From the IMG/VR virus record IMGVR_UViG_3300035232_000453: 64,000 nucleotides of DNA. The stretch is one strand, 5' to 3'. Of this stretch, positions 7,670 through 17,856 are shown in pieces. Source of the DNA: a virus. The position numbers and the translations under genes are program-made. Below the pieces are notes generated by a model that had not been told where the DNA came from, made no database searches, and saw nothing but the letters and a program-made list of their open reading frames with translations. Position 1 is the stretch's first letter, and each line of letters opens with the position of its first letter.

Positions 7670-8697
7670 TGTTCGTACTTAGCTAAACTATTATTAATCT
7701 GGTTATTAACTCTTACAAAGGTTGTACGATTATAAACGTCTTTTATATTGTCTGCACCCACATATGTACATACACTGCGTAAACCACCCTGTATCTGCTT
7801 TATAACGCTTACAATAGACCCTTTTGCAGGTATCATTAAGTCTCTTCCTTCGTTGGGTCTATACTCTTGTTCTGTTGGATTTGTGCGGTTGTACATTGTT
7901 GTGCTTCCTAATCCATAAAAGTTTACATATTTCTTTCCGTCAATTTCAACAATATTATCACATTCTTCTGACTTAGAAACCATACCGCCTACCATCACCA
8001 TAAATGCTCCGGCGCCTATTGCTTTTGCAACATCACCTGCAGTAACACAACCACCATCGGAAATAACTCCCATGTCGTGTACTCTGGCTGCGGATGCTAC
8101 ATTCATAATTGCACTTAACTGCGGAACTCCTACACCTACTTCCGATCTTGTCCTACATGCAGCGCCACTTCCAACTCCAACTTTTAATAAGTCTGCACCT
8201 GCTTCGTGTAGTTTAGAAACAAGTTCAGGAGTAGCAATGTTACCTGCTGAAATTTTAATATGAGGGAATAAATCTCTGTAAGTTTTAACTGTGTTAACTA
8301 TACCATCTACATTAGCATATACATTAGCAATGTCAACATTAATCAATCCAATATCTGGAAACTTTGTAACAACTTCAATTGTTTTTTCTAAGTCCCACTT
8401 TTGTACACCACTTGTAATTGCAATATATTTTCTATCTTCCATTTTACCAAGTTCTTCTAAATGTTCTTCTGCTGTATATTCTTTATGTATAAATGTAAAC
8501 ACTCTCATAGGAGTAAGGATATTTGCAATTTTATATGTTCCTGTACTAAGCATATTCGAAACACACACTGGCGTTGCTTTTGCACCAAGCCAATCAATTT
8601 CAATATCTACACTTTTTCGTGTAAGTGTTTTACTACTAGCCAATGGTTCAATAAGAACATCACTAAAGTCTAATTTAATATCATTTTTAATTTTCAT
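7666..8697 (-). CDS. guaC: GMP reductase-like protein (IMPDH/GMPR family, no CBS domain)
   Basis: KLDFSDVLI, AGNI, KVGVGSGAACRTR (catalytic Cys), SDGG, EGR, GGLRSxCTYVGA. Confidence 0.8.
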   Translation of the reverse strand: MKIKNDIKLDFSDVLIEPLASSKTLTRKSVDIEIDWLGAKATPVCVSNMLSTGTYKIANILTPMRVFTFIHKEYTAEEHLEELGKMEDRKYIAITSGVQKWDLEKTIEVVTKFPDIGLINVDIANVYANVDGIVNTVKTYRDLFPHIKISAGNIATPELVSKLHEAGADLLKVGVGSGAACRTRSEVGVGVPQLSAIMNVASAARVHDMGVISDGGCVTAGDVAKAIGAGAFMVMVGGMVSKSEECDNIVEIDGKKYVNFYGLGSTTMYNRTNPTEQEYRPNEGRDLMIPAKGSIVSVIKQIQGGLRSVCTYVGADNIKDVYNRTTFVRVNNQINNSLAKYEQ

Positions 8698-8701
8698 TTT
8701 C

Positions 8702-10078
8702 TTATCCTAAATTATGTTTATCTTTTATTCGTTGTATTGCATCCAGTGTTGGAATTTTAACAGTTTTATCGTAATCAAATACTTTTGGTTTATTGATAAA
8801 ATTAAATCCAAGTGCTGTTTGGAACATAAAGTATATATGTGTTGTGTTATACAAGCATTCTAAACTTCCGTTTTTAAATATTTCCATTTGCTCTTTTAGT
8901 TTCTCTGGAATAGGTTTCTTTTTCTGATCTTGCCAAAATTTTGTATCATTTCGTGTTGCTGATCGATAATGTAATATAGTAAAATCTCTAAAGTCAGTTA
9001 CCATCTCATGAACGTATTTATTATACTGATCTATTGTCTTTTGTTTTTTAAATACTTTTATCAATTCTTCAGCACTGTAAATACTACAATGTAATGCAGT
9101 TGCTTCTAGTGGTTCGATAAATCCTGCACTTAATCCAATAAAAGCATAATTTACACCTGCTGTTTTCTTATAACATCCACTTGTGTACTCTACTACTTTA
9201 ATTGGTTCAACATCATGTCCAAGATACTTTTGTGCTTCAGCAATTACTTCATCAGATGATGCATGCTTTGTACTGTAATTATATCCTGATCCACAATTGT
9301 TTGTTTTTGGAACTTCCCACATCCATCCACTTTCCATTGCTCTTGAAACTGTATACGCTTGTTTCTTTGCAGGAAGTAAAAATGGAACTGCGGCATTAAT
9401 ATCTAACCATTCTTCATAAGGTTCAAATTCATGTTCAACAAAATCTGCAAACAAACGCCTAAAGCCTGTTGAGTCTACATAAAAGTCTGCTGTGTATGAA
9501 TCTTTTTCTCCGTGTAAACTTATTATCTTTCCATTATTGACTTCAACATCAATAATAGTATCAACTGTGCTAGTAACTTTAGTACTTTCTAAACACTTGT
9601 CTCTGAAAAATTGTCCTACATTCCTGCCATCAAAATGAAATGTATGTCTTTTAACTTCTGTAAAGTCTTGTAATTCATGTTTCATTAGAAATGCATTAAT
9701 ACTTACATCATCTACATCTATATTATCTTCTAATATTTTGTACATAATGTCAATATCTTTGTTTGGCGAGTGCTCAGGATTTCTTCTAGCATCATAATGC
9801 CATGCATCTACATACTTGTTAAACTTAGTTCCTACACCTTGCCAGTTCTCAAATAATATTCCTAACTTAACTGTGGAATTAGTTTTTTCTAAAAATTCTT
9901 TGTGGTCACCTTTAAGTATAATATCGTCTAGCGAGCCAGTTGCTCCTTCTCCTGTTCCTATAATAGGAACTGTACCACTGTGAATAACTTGTATTTCGTC
10001 AACAGATTCACTGCGTAGTATTTGATACGCTGAGGCCCAAGAAGCTGAACCGCCTCCAACTATAATAAGTTTTTTCAT
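8702..10078 (-). CDS. flavin-dependent tryptophan halogenase family protein
   Basis: GGGSAS, IGTGE, TVKLGI (catalytic Lys position), GWMWEVP (WxWxIP), FIEPLEAT. Confidence 0.88.
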   Translation of the reverse strand: MKKLIIVGGGSASWASAYQILRSESVDEIQVIHSGTVPIIGTGEGATGSLDDIILKGDHKEFLEKTNSTVKLGILFENWQGVGTKFNKYVDAWHYDARRNPEHSPNKDIDIMYKILEDNIDVDDVSINAFLMKHELQDFTEVKRHTFHFDGRNVGQFFRDKCLESTKVTSTVDTIIDVEVNNGKIISLHGEKDSYTADFYVDSTGFRRLFADFVEHEFEPYEEWLDINAAVPFLLPAKKQAYTVSRAMESGWMWEVPKTNNCGSGYNYSTKHASSDEVIAEAQKYLGHDVEPIKVVEYTSGCYKKTAGVNYAFIGLSAGFIEPLEATALHCSIYSAEELIKVFKKQKTIDQYNKYVHEMVTDFRDFTILHYRSATRNDTKFWQDQKKKPIPEKLKEQMEIFKNGSLECLYNTTHIYFMFQTALGFNFINKPKVFDYDKTVKIPTLDAIQRIKDKHNLG

Positions 10079-10584
10079 AATATCATTCCTTTTAATTTAT
10101 TTTCGTAAATATTACAAACATCTTCAAACGCTTCTTCAAAGCAGAGTTGAAATACTAGTCTAGTATTGTTATCTTCAGTAAAATGCACATTATGATTGTA
10201 GCCACCTGTGTTTAATATGGCACCTTGATTATCATAGTTTATATCACATACAAAGTTTTCGTCATCGTCATAAAAATGTGTCTTACCACCGTTATTTGTT
10301 AATGGAAAACTAATAACAGTTTGTCTTGGCATATATAAATTTTCGTATTCGTTATATCTATTTTTGTCTTTGTGTATTTTACTTCCAGATTCAGTTACAC
10401 GTAGCATCTGACATACACAATTTAGTCCTGTAGTATTAAACTTTTGTATAGTACTTGGTAATTTAAAGAAACTTATTTTATAGCTTATGTCTACAAATGC
10501 CTCTGGTGCATATGCTATTTCTAACAATTGCTCCTTAGTATTATCTGATATCATATAAGGTATTAATTTATAATACGGTTCCAT
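10075..10584 (-). CDS. putative cupin/2OG-Fe(II) oxygenase-like protein
   Basis: IHKD...HNV...RLVFQL. Confidence 0.6.
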   Translation of the reverse strand: MEPYYKLIPYMISDNTKEQLLEIAYAPEAFVDISYKISFFKLPSTIQKFNTTGLNCVCQMLRVTESGSKIHKDKNRYNEYENLYMPRQTVISFPLTNNGGKTHFYDDDENFVCDINYDNQGAILNTGGYNHNVHFTEDNNTRLVFQLCFEEAFEDVCNIYENKLKGMIL

Positions 10585-11404
10585 AAACTTCTTTCATATT
10601 TTCATACTCAGTCATTAGTTGTTGAGTAATAGGTCCTGACTTTTGTGTTGCAGTAACTCCGCCACTTGAACTTGTTATAAAAACTTCATCTGCATTATTA
10701 AATTCTTCTTGTGATATTGGTAGTCTACAAAACAGAATGCCGTTGTTTCGTGCAATGTCTTCTACTACTGTCATTGTAATACCTTTTAGAACATTTTTGT
10801 CTGCTGTGTAAATAACTTTGTTTTTGACAATGCCTACATTAAATCCTGGACCTTCTGTAACATGTCCATCTACGTCTACAAGAATAGTTGTGTCTGCGTC
10901 TGTTGGTTTGTTACGTTGGCTCATTGTTAAGTCTAGCCAAGCCATATTTTTATATTCTTGCCCATAGTAATCATCACTGACTCTGTTTGTATTTGTATCT
11001 AGATATAAATTTACAATAGGATTGTTTGCAATAGGATAACTAGGCTTGATATACATAGCAAAATGTATTGGACAGTTTTCTATGTCTCGTGGATTACCGC
11101 TTGGTGGAGCGCCGCGCCATACAAGGAACCAAACAAACGCATTTGTAACATCATTTAGTCTTTTAAGTTCCTTAACAATGGCTAATCTGTCTACATCTGG
11201 TAGCTCTAGTCCATATCGCTTTGCACTGTTTTCAAATCTTGTTGAATGTCTTTCGTAACAAAATGCTTTACCGTTATAAACAGGCATAACATCATATGTA
11301 GCATCACAGTGTATAAATCCAAAGTCCAATATGCTTGGACCAATTTCTCTTAATGGCTTATATTCGCCATCTCTGTATGCTATTAAATCTAATACATTAG
11401 TCAT
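10568..11404 (-). CDS. PLP fold-type IV aminotransferase, (R)-amine transaminase-like
   Basis: GFIHCDATYDV, KNMAWLDL (PLP Lys), TEGPGFN, LKGIT, ADEVFITSSSGG. Confidence 0.88.
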   Translation of the reverse strand: MTNVLDLIAYRDGEYKPLREIGPSILDFGFIHCDATYDVMPVYNGKAFCYERHSTRFENSAKRYGLELPDVDRLAIVKELKRLNDVTNAFVWFLVWRGAPPSGNPRDIENCPIHFAMYIKPSYPIANNPIVNLYLDTNTNRVSDDYYGQEYKNMAWLDLTMSQRNKPTDADTTILVDVDGHVTEGPGFNVGIVKNKVIYTADKNVLKGITMTVVEDIARNNGILFCRLPISQEEFNNADEVFITSSSGGVTATQKSGPITQQLMTEYENMKEVYGTVL

Positions 11405-11666
11405 CGAAATGCACCTTTTGTAATTGTGGGTCGTCTGGTAGTTTTTTCTTAAGAGTTTTTAACCTACTAATTCTCCATTCGAGTAATTTAAAATCAAGTA
11501 CCCAAGGAAAAATTGCATGTATTAGACTTCCAATACAAACAAATAATAGGAAGAAAAATTCCATTATAGCAAGTTTGAAATGCCAAAGGTATCCAACAAT
11601 TCCAGTTAAATGTTCGACATTTGCTTTATATTTTGCATCTATTAGATGCTTACGATTGAACCACAT
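11397..11666 (-). CDS. DUF6356-like small membrane protein
   Basis: HL...YLWHFKLA...IHAIFP pattern; paralog at 26092. Confidence 0.6.
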   Translation of the reverse strand: MWFNRKHLIDAKYKANVEHLTGIVGYLWHFKLAIMEFFFLLFVCIGSLIHAIFPWVLDFKLLEWRISRLKTLKKKLPDDPQLQKVHFDD

Positions 11667-12207
11667 AGTTCCCTCTCAATCTATTTCTTCTTTTTGTATA
11701 CTCATGTATATTCAGTTTCCATACTGTTTGTTGTGTATAATATAATTCCATATCAGCATGTTTTGATAATATTCCTTGCTTTGCAAGTAATCCCATAAGC
11801 CTATGATTGCGTGATGCTTTTCCATTTGAATGCTCATGATCTATGTTAGTTGTTAGGTATAACTCATTGCTAGGACACCATTCAATAAATTTTGGAATCA
11901 TTTCACGTTGTGTAATGCTATTCCAGTCGCCTTTGCCTAGTCCTTTAAAGTTATCATTATGGGGTAGTTCACAACCTCTAAACATTATGCGCCATGCATT
12001 TGGTCCTACTTCTGGTAATGGATGACAACCTGCTACTGCTACAATTTCATTGTTTACTATAGCACAAAAATATTCACCTTGCTCTTTACACCATTCATAT
12101 TTCATTGCTTTTAAACTACTGTTGTTTATATATTTTAATTCTTTTGCTTTACTACAGAATCTTTCCAACATCGAAATATGATTGTTAGTTATTATTTCTA
12201 TTTTCAT
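11650..12207 (-). CDS. putative GNAT-fold acyltransferase
   Basis: EIVAVAG, FRGCELP..FKGLG resemble the acetyl-CoA binding motif. Confidence 0.5.
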   Translation of the reverse strand: MKIEIITNNHISMLERFCSKAKELKYINNSSLKAMKYEWCKEQGEYFCAIVNNEIVAVAGCHPLPEVGPNAWRIMFRGCELPHNDNFKGLGKGDWNSITQREMIPKFIEWCPSNELYLTTNIDHEHSNGKASRNHRLMGLLAKQGILSKHADMELYYTQQTVWKLNIHEYTKRRNRLRGNYVVQS

Positions 12208-12227
12208 TTATTACCTTTGTTTGGTTG

Positions 12228-13517
12228 TTACCAACTAGATAAAGCTGCTCTAAACCAGATAGCAGTAGTGCCATCATAGTCTGCATTTGCTACATAAATG
12301 TAAGTACCGTCTGATGCAATATTACCTTTTTTATCTCCGCTCTTACCAATAGCACTATTAGGAACTGTTTGTACTATTGGACTAGCATTTGGTCCTAAGT
12401 TTGTTGTATTAGCAGGTGGAGTAGATACAACTGTTCCACTTTCTGTTAATCCTGTCATTCCTGGCTGTGCTACATTTTCTGCTGGGCCGCCTGAGCTAAT
12501 TTGTTGTACTACTTGAGTAGTGTCTGTTGTATATCTTATTATTCTTCCACATTCATCATATACTGGTACTTGCTCTGATAACTGTACTGTAGGATCTCCA
12601 TCGTTTTCTAATTTTGCAATCATTTCTTGTTCAAGTATATAATAAAAAATATTATTACCTGCTGAGTCTACTGCATAACCTTTTAAACTATTATATAACG
12701 CTTGTAAATTACTTGCATATTGTTGACTCTTTGCTAGAGTCATATTATCCATATCTACTGCTACACCAACTTGTGTGTTTACCCGTGTACTTGGTGCAAA
12801 AATACTGCCACCGTTTGATTCTGTTCCGCTAAAATTGTTCTCAAACTCAATAAGATTTTTGATATCATTACTAAATGCATTTAGATCACTAATAATACTA
12901 TTTCTTAACGAAGTAGGCATTCCTAATAGGTTATCAATATTATCACCTAACTGTTTTAATAATCCACCAGTAAACAAGTTTGGATTAAATTTACCATCAC
13001 TGCCAATACATCCACCAATATCACTATCTAACATAGTTCCTAATGTATCTAATATATCTTTACCCGCACCTGTAAAACTTCCTGTTGCATCTTTTAATAC
13101 GTTTGGAATAGCACGTGGAACAATGGGTGTACCACAGAAGTTAATCATGTTAGCAATAGCGGCAAACTCTGCCACTGCGGCATTAAGTCTGCTTAATGCA
13201 TTATCAATGTTAGTATGTGCTATGAATTCATCTAAGGCAGCTTCTGCTTCAAGTAACGCATTTTTTAAATCTGATAAAGCTGAAGGTAGTTCTGGTATTA
13301 ATCTGCCTATGTTAATTTTTAAACATATTTGCAAATTAGGTAATTTTACACCGTTACCGGCTAGTAAACTACATATAATTTCTTTTAAACTAAATGATTG
13401 TGTTTGTGGAGTAATAGTTCCATTATTTAGGTCTACATCAGCACCAGTAGGAATGTCAACAGTAGTCCTATTGATATAATCACTTGCATTTTTTACTCCA
13501 TCTACAAAATCACTCAT
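12228..13517 (-). CDS. putative virion (baseplate/tail) protein
   Basis: 429 aa next to PAAR; C-terminal GxxGDxxG..DGTYIYV..W.R..LSSW motif typical of tail proteins. Confidence 0.55.
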   Translation of the reverse strand: MSDFVDGVKNASDYINRTTVDIPTGADVDLNNGTITPQTQSFSLKEIICSLLAGNGVKLPNLQICLKINIGRLIPELPSALSDLKNALLEAEAALDEFIAHTNIDNALSRLNAAVAEFAAIANMINFCGTPIVPRAIPNVLKDATGSFTGAGKDILDTLGTMLDSDIGGCIGSDGKFNPNLFTGGLLKQLGDNIDNLLGMPTSLRNSIISDLNAFSNDIKNLIEFENNFSGTESNGGSIFAPSTRVNTQVGVAVDMDNMTLAKSQQYASNLQALYNSLKGYAVDSAGNNIFYYILEQEMIAKLENDGDPTVQLSEQVPVYDECGRIIRYTTDTTQVVQQISSGGPAENVAQPGMTGLTESGTVVSTPPANTTNLGPNASPIVQTVPNSAIGKSGDKKGNIASDGTYIYVANADYDGTTAIWFRAALSSW

Positions 13518-13518
13518 G

Positions 13519-13809
13519 CTATGCTCCTATATGTACATCTGGACTACCAGAGGTTGCTGATGGACTGCAATGAGGTCCGCCCGGTAATGGACATAATGAA
13601 TCGGATGCAGCTGAGTTGCCGTTTAATACAACCAATACTTCGCCAACAAATACCTTGTTGCATGCAGCGTTTAGTTCACCACCGCCATGTGTGTTCGGAT
13701 CATTGTCTACACTGATTGGTCTATTATTTACAAATACTCTAGAGTTGTTTGATGCAGTTGTACCTGCACCGCAACTACGTGAGTCTCCATTTCTATGAAC
13801 CTGTGGCAC
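13519..13809 (-). CDS. PAAR-like spike tip protein (gp5.4-like)
   Basis: RNGD..CG, VFVNNRPI, H/C metal ligands, GSPDVHIG. Confidence 0.88.
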   Translation of the reverse strand: MPQVHRNGDSRSCGAGTTASNNSRVFVNNRPISVDNDPNTHGGGELNAACNKVFVGEVLVVLNGNSAASDSLCPLPGGPHCSPSATSGSPDVHIGA

Positions 13810-14098
13810 TTGCTATTGCTATTCCTGTACTTTGTTTAATATACATTTCACTGGCATCCTTTGCTGACTTAACTATGCATATAATGTTATTTATCTTTAA
13901 CTTTACTTTGGTGTCTGGTGCAATTGTAAACATATACGGAGCTAGTGCCATTCCATTTTGTGCTGCAATTAAAATATAAGGTTTAACAACCGTAACTACA
14001 TCTTCGTTTTCATCTTCAAAACGTGCAATCATTTCTTCACCCGAAGAAAGTTTAATACTTACTACATCACTTACTTTATACTGTGCTTCTATTAACAT
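13793..14098 (-). CDS. conserved Sm-like fold phage protein
   Basis: IKLSSGEEMIAR...YIKQSTGI. Confidence 0.65.
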   Translation of the reverse strand: MLIEAQYKVSDVVSIKLSSGEEMIARFEDENEDVVTVVKPYILIAAQNGMALAPYMFTIAPDTKVKLKINNIICIVKSAKDASEMYIKQSTGIAIASATGS

Positions 14099-14108
14099 AT
14101 GTTATCCT

Positions 14109-14360
14109 TTATAATGAATGTCCGGTACCATTGTAACTTGTATCTTCAATGTACTTGACTAGTTGATCGTACCCACCTATTTTGTTGCCACTAACAACAA
14201 TCTGTGGGAATGTTCTGGCAGTTGGAAATTCTTCTACCATAACTTCTCTTGTGAAATCTTTATCTAACTGCTTGTATTCGAAATCTAAACCTCTAGACTC
14301 GCATAACCTTTTAGCGGCGTCACAATAACCGCATTGTGTTTTTCCATAAATTGTAATCAT
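14109..14360 (-). CDS. nrdC: glutaredoxin
   Basis: CGYC, TFPQI, IGGY; adjacent to nrdAB. Confidence 0.92.
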   Translation of the reverse strand: MITIYGKTQCGYCDAAKRLCESRGLDFEYKQLDKDFTREVMVEEFPTARTFPQIVVSGNKIGGYDQLVKYIEDTSYNGTGHSL

Positions 14361-15484
14361 AAACTCATCCCTGAAAATGTGTCTTCACCTACGTCTTTTT
14401 TCACACCACCAATAATATAAGAACTAATCTCTGTTTCTTGCGGTGCTACTTGTACTTCTGCTCCACTAATCCATTTTTGTGTCCATGGTAGTGGGTTTGC
14501 TTGTGAAGTTGTATAAGGACACTTCATGCCAAGTCCTATCATACGCTTACAACAAATCCATTCAATGTAGTCGCTCAACAACTGTGCATTAAGACCAATC
14601 ATTGATCCATCCTTAAACAAATAGTTTGCCCATTCTTTTTCTTGCTCAACTGCATCAACGAACATTTGTGTTACTTCGTCTTTACATTCTTCTGCAATTT
14701 TTAGGAAGTCTGGGTCTTCTTTTGTTAACACTTTTGATAACAAGTACTGTGTACTTGCTAAGTGTACGTTTTCGTCACGGGCAATAAACTTAATAATCTT
14801 AGCATTGCCTTCCATCTTTTTAAGTTCTGCAAATGCCCAAGAGCATGCGAAACTTACATAGAAACGAATTCCTTCTAAAATGTTAACACTATTCATTGTT
14901 AACCAAATCTTTTTCTTTAATTCATATTCATCTACTTCAACTATTTTACCGTTTACTTTGTGTTTACCTACACCTAATAATTGATAATATTGAGATAGTT
15001 CAATAAGCTCATCATAGTATTTTGAAATGTCATCGCCACAGTCGGTAATTTCTTTACTGTCCATTAACTCGTCAAATATTACAGTAGGATTAGAGTAAAT
15101 GTTACGGATAATGTGTGTATAACTTCTACTGTGAATTGTTTCACTAAATGTCCAAGTCATAATCCAATTTTCTAATTCTGGTAAACTTGTAATAGGACCA
15201 AATGCTTCAACTGGTGCTCTACCCTGTACACTGTCTAGTAAGATTTGCCTTTTGAGATTAGCAGTAAAAATGTGTTGCTCATGCTCTGTGAGATTTTTAA
15301 AATCTTGTGAATCTTTACTAACATCCACTTCTTCAGGACGCCAAAAGAATCCTAACTGTTTATCAGTTAGTTTATCAAACTGTTTGTATTTCACAGTATC
15401 ATATCGTTGAAAGCCTAATTGGCCATCTAGAAATGCATTACATTCAGTGTGGTATTTTTCATTTTTTGTGTTTAAAATTGTCAT
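14357..15484 (-). CDS. nrdB: ribonucleotide reductase class Ia beta subunit
   Basis: FFWRPEEV, ETIHSRSY, LEGIRFYVSF, DENVH, VAPQETEISSY. Confidence 0.97.
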   Translation of the reverse strand: MTILNTKNEKYHTECNAFLDGQLGFQRYDTVKYKQFDKLTDKQLGFFWRPEEVDVSKDSQDFKNLTEHEQHIFTANLKRQILLDSVQGRAPVEAFGPITSLPELENWIMTWTFSETIHSRSYTHIIRNIYSNPTVIFDELMDSKEITDCGDDISKYYDELIELSQYYQLLGVGKHKVNGKIVEVDEYELKKKIWLTMNSVNILEGIRFYVSFACSWAFAELKKMEGNAKIIKFIARDENVHLASTQYLLSKVLTKEDPDFLKIAEECKDEVTQMFVDAVEQEKEWANYLFKDGSMIGLNAQLLSDYIEWICCKRMIGLGMKCPYTTSQANPLPWTQKWISGAEVQVAPQETEISSYIIGGVKKDVGEDTFSGMSL

Positions 15485-15496
15485 TCATGTGTTTCC

Positions 15497-17818
15497 TTAA
15501 ATTGTGCAACTATCACAGTAGTCGTCATATTCATCGTCTGATTCAAAACTATCTCTTCCTAATAGTTCTTCTTTATTTTGCTTATCAAAATCAATTTCGC
15601 CCTGTCCGTCAAATGTATTGAAGTAATACAATTGCTTACCACCATACTTGTAAAACATTACAAGATGTTGTAACATGACACTCATTGGTATCTTTTCTTC
15701 TTCATAGAATTCTGGGTTATAGCTTGTATTAACACTGATACCTTGATCAATATACTTTTGTAATACTGCCATAATTTTTAAGTAACCTTCTGGACTACGC
15801 TGGTCCCACAGTAGGTCATATTTGTTCTTTAAGCGTGGATAACCAGGAACCACTTGCTTTAGTACTCCGTGTTTACTTTGCTTAACACTAACAAATGCAC
15901 GTGGTGGTTCAATACCGTTTGTGCTGTTGCTAATTTGTGCTGAAGTTTCAGCAGGCATAAGTGCCATTAGTGTACTATTGCGAATACCTGTTGCTTTAAG
16001 TTGTTCACGCAAACCTTCCCAATCTTGTCTTTCTTTGTGAGGTACTAGCTCATCTAATTCTTGCTTGTATGTTTGATTAGGAGTAATTCCATCGCCGTAT
16101 TTTGTTTCATATATACCATCAATGTTTCCTTTATCAATGGCCAAATCTGCACTTGCTTTAATTAAGTAATAACTCCATGCTTCTGCCCATTCGTCTACTA
16201 ATTCTAATCCATCTTTATCAATATCTTGATAATTTAAATCATTCTTTGCTAACCAAAATGCAAAGTTAATAATACCAATACCCAATGGACGTCTTTTTGC
16301 TGTGCTTAGTTCTGCGGCTAATACTGGATACTTTTGATAATCCAATAGCTCATCTAGTCCACGCACTGCAAGTCTACATACTCGTTCAAAATCTCCTGGA
16401 GATTTAATGTTACCCCAATTAATTGCACTTAATGTACATAAACTAATTTCTCCATGTGTATCACTGAAAAAAGATAATGGTTTAGTAGGCAAGTTAATCT
16501 CACAACATAAGTTGCTTTGTTTAATAGGTGCTACTTCTGGCTTAAACGCTCCATGTGTATTTGCATGATCCACATTCATTAAGTAAATGCGTCCAGTGTT
16601 TTTGCGTTCTTCCATAAACTGTCCAAATAGTTCTGCCGCTGGCATAACTTTCTTTCGTGTTACTGTACGCTCTGCTTCTTCATATAATTCTTTAAATTTG
16701 TCTTGATCATCAAAAAAGGCCTCATATAGACCTGGTACATCCGATGGTGAAAATAAAGTAATATCTCCGCCTGTGAGTAGACGTTCGTACATAAGTTTAT
16801 TAAACTGTACTCCATAGTCCATATGCCTAACACGATTGTCTTCTGTACCTTTGTTATTTTTGAGAACAAGTAATTCTTCTGCTTCCATATGCCAAATTGG
16901 ATAATATAGTGTTGCGGCTCCGCCTCTTACTCCACCTTGTGAGCAAGACTTAACAGAACTTTGAAATAACTTATAAAATGGAATAACACCAGTATGTGAT
17001 GCGTCACCATTTCTAATTGGACTTCCTATTGAACGAATACTTCCTGCTCCAATGCCAATACCTGCTTTTTGACTTACATACTTTACAATAGCACTACTAG
17101 TTGCGTTAATGCTATCAAGACTATCATCGGTCTCAATAAGAACACAACTAGAAAATTGTCGTTGTGGTGTTCTGAGGCCTGCCATAATAGGTGTAGGCAA
17201 ACTAATGTCAAAATTACTGATAGCGTCATAGTATTCCTTCACATACTTCATTCTAGTTTCTTTTGGATATGTAGCAAACAACGTTGCAGATATCATCATG
17301 TATGCAATTTGTGGTGTTTCGAATATTTCGCCTGTTACACGATTTTGTACTAAGTATTTTCCACGAAACTGTTCCATGCCAACATATGTAATGTTTTCAT
17401 CTCTGTCGTGTTTAATATAATTGTTTAATGTATTAATTTCTTCATCGCTATAAACGGAGAAAAAACTTTCATCGTAATGTCCTAGGTCAACATTTCTGCG
17501 AGCAATCTCTTTAAGATGAGGAGGCTCAAAAGATTGATAAACTATCTTTCGCAAATGATAGTTAATTAATCTGCCTGCTACCCATTGATAATTTGGAGTT
17601 TCTTCACTGATAAGATCAGCTGCTGCTTTAATTAATGTTTCTTGAATGTTTGCACTTTCAATTCCATTATAAAATTGTAAATGACTTTTTAATTCTACTT
17701 GACTTGCACTTACGCCTGTTACATCGTTGCATGCATAAAATACTACTTTATGCATTTTCTCTAGATCTAATTCTTCGCGAGATCCATCACGCTTTACTAT
17801 TGTTATATCTTTACTCAT
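15497..17818 (-). CDS. nrdA: ribonucleotide reductase class Ia alpha subunit with ATP cone
   Basis: VKRDG ATP cone, QFSSC, SNLCCEI, C-terminal CDSC. Confidence 0.97.
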   Translation of the reverse strand: MSKDITIVKRDGSREELDLEKMHKVVFYACNDVTGVSASQVELKSHLQFYNGIESANIQETLIKAAADLISEETPNYQWVAGRLINYHLRKIVYQSFEPPHLKEIARRNVDLGHYDESFFSVYSDEEINTLNNYIKHDRDENITYVGMEQFRGKYLVQNRVTGEIFETPQIAYMMISATLFATYPKETRMKYVKEYYDAISNFDISLPTPIMAGLRTPQRQFSSCVLIETDDSLDSINATSSAIVKYVSQKAGIGIGAGSIRSIGSPIRNGDASHTGVIPFYKLFQSSVKSCSQGGVRGGAATLYYPIWHMEAEELLVLKNNKGTEDNRVRHMDYGVQFNKLMYERLLTGGDITLFSPSDVPGLYEAFFDDQDKFKELYEEAERTVTRKKVMPAAELFGQFMEERKNTGRIYLMNVDHANTHGAFKPEVAPIKQSNLCCEINLPTKPLSFFSDTHGEISLCTLSAINWGNIKSPGDFERVCRLAVRGLDELLDYQKYPVLAAELSTAKRRPLGIGIINFAFWLAKNDLNYQDIDKDGLELVDEWAEAWSYYLIKASADLAIDKGNIDGIYETKYGDGITPNQTYKQELDELVPHKERQDWEGLREQLKATGIRNSTLMALMPAETSAQISNSTNGIEPPRAFVSVKQSKHGVLKQVVPGYPRLKNKYDLLWDQRSPEGYLKIMAVLQKYIDQGISVNTSYNPEFYEEEKIPMSVMLQHLVMFYKYGGKQLYYFNTFDGQGEIDFDKQNKEELLGRDSFESDDEYDDYCDSCTI

Positions 17819-17856
17819 TCGCCATCCAATTTCTTTCGTTTATAATCTTAGTAAGA

